Shown here: one piece after another, positions 62,501 to 64,000 of the stretch
Layout: each line of letters opens with the position of its first letter
Position numbering within the stretch: the first letter of the stretch is position 1
NCBI RefSeq assembly: GCF_964188315.1
Contig: NC_135659.1
Span: 54,622,001-54,686,000, forward strand
From: Podarcis muralis
Lineage: Eukaryota
Reading direction: 5' to 3'
Length of the DNA: 64,000 nucleotides
Notes under the pieces: model-generated
Database searches by the model: none
What the model was told of the DNA's origin: nothing
The model's input: the letters and a program-made list of their open reading frames with translations, nothing else
Program-made: the position numbers and the translations under genes

Positions 62501-63529
62501 AAATTATTTGAGAACAAGAATTTTATTTTTTTACTAATAGTTATTATCAATAGCAGCAAAAAAAATGGAGCCTCCCTAATCAGACCTAGTATATCTTTGT
62601 TTGCTGCACATATCATGCATCTCCATCATGCCTTCCATATGAGCTCCTCGGGGGCATCTGGCTAGAGACAGCTAAAAAACTGGGTGGAGTCAGCAACCTT
62701 TGTGCTGATCCAATTTAAAATAAAATTCAATATTTCCAACCAATTCTTAATGTTCTCAGTCTGGTGCAGCTGAGTAGGGTATCATTCTTTTGATGCTTAC
62801 TTCCTTTTCAGTGCTAAAACAGTAAGCCAATGCAAGATGTGGCTATGTGCCAAATACTGAAATATTTCAAGATTATAGCTGTTCTAAGGCAGTTAACAAT
62901 ATACAATTTTATCAATAGTCAATTCAAATTACAGTCAATAAGAATGGTACAATGCTATTCAACAGCAACCAACAAAAAACTCCAGCAGCAGCATATATAT
63001 GGTAAAACCTTCAATTAAAAGCCACAGAAAGCAAATGAGTTTTTAAAACTTTCTTAAAAGCTTGAACTGATGGAGCCAGTCATACATGTATTGAAAGGAC
63101 TCCGCCCCCCCCCCCCCCCCGAAGAATACGACCTCCACAGAGTTTGCCAGCCCAGAGATTTTATGTCCCAAGAAATGAAGAAAGCATGGTGATTGCTTTT
63201 AGTGATAGGAGTGGAAAGATGAAACTAGAGTGGGCACAGTCTAGAGAACTGCACGACTAAAAGCCCAGTGGGTACATGACTCCCATTCTCTCCCCTACCC
63301 CACAACAAAGAGCAACTCCTCACATTTCATTTGGGGATTTTTTTTTTTTGGAAGGTGAGTTTGCAGTATGCAGGCAATTAAGAGTTACACATCCCACAAT
63401 GGTCTATTGATGTTTGTTTTTAATTTCTTTTTGCTTTTAACTGGTTTTTTAACTTTTTGTGATTTTATTGCTTGGTTTTATGTTTTTATATTGTTGTAAA
63501 CTGCTGTGGTGTATTTTTATGATACAGTG

Positions 63530-63530
<1 letters not shown>

Positions 63531-63602
<72 letters not shown>
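63531..63602. repeat. Compound (CA)n(TA)n microsatellite
   Basis: Seen directly. Confidence 0.95.
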
Positions 63603-63605
<3 letters not shown>

Positions 63606-64000
63606 CAAATAAATATGGCAAAGAAGTCTCCTGCTTCCCATAGAGATGGGAGCTTTTACAGGTTGGAGTTGTCTTGGAGTGGAAAGCACTAGAGACTTAT
63701 GGTGCCTATCTGCAGACGTGCAGGTTGATCAGCCATAGGAGTGCAGAAGGCATTGCACAGCCAGGCAGTGCTAATCCTAAAGGCACAAAAGTCCCATGTC
63801 TTAAGGACTCAAACAAGTCATCCTTCTCTCTAAATAGGGTTTGCAATAAAAAATTAAAAACATTAGCAGATGCACCCAACGGGCTGCCTAGCAAATGCTG
63901 AAAATCACCAGCTGTGTGTATTGGCTTTTTCTCATAACCACCATGTGTCAAAGTTGTTGAGAGAATGGGCCTTAACTCTATGATTCTGCAGTTCTAACTG

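Noticed and set aside
55300-64000. TAF13 or INAVA coding exons
   Set aside because: No match found to MADEEEDP/KRKRLFSKELRCMMYGFGDD or SDTDSGIILQSGPDSP by manual inspection.
1-64000. CRISPR arrays, operons, rRNA or other prokaryotic systems
   Set aside because: The window is intron-containing vertebrate DNA. The repeats are dispersed TEs, microsatellites and one VNTR with no spacer structure.

Overview
Vertebrate genomic DNA, almost certainly a squamate: it carries Sauria SINEs, BovB, and CR1/L2/L1 remnants, and the SINE style suggests a lacertid lizard (inference). Gene order from left to right: (1) about 21 kb of intron 1 and coding exon 1 of ELAPOR1/KIAA1324 (minus strand); (2) complete CFAP276/C1orf194 (plus, 5 coding exons, 172 aa), head-to-head with ELAPOR1; (3) an independently transcribed scaRNA2 (U2 Gm25/Cm61 guide; minus; TATA plus ZNF143-type site), invisible to the ORF track; (4) complete TMEM167B/kish-B (minus, 3 exons, 74 aa); (5) a spliced FAM107-family gene (plus, proposed 5 exons, 156 aa) with a predicted myristoylated N-terminus, not in the position of mammalian FAM107A or FAM107B; (6) a single-exon GPR25-type GPCR (plus, 373 aa); (7) about 8 kb with no recognisable coding exon but an orphan CpG-rich patch. 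ELAPOR1-CFAP276-SCARNA2-TMEM167B matches human 1p13 order. Where human has TAF13, this genome has FAM107-like plus GPR25, and that block is the most interesting part of the window. Family assignments come from recalled protein and RNA sequences, not database searches. Most long ORFs in the supplied track are spurious.
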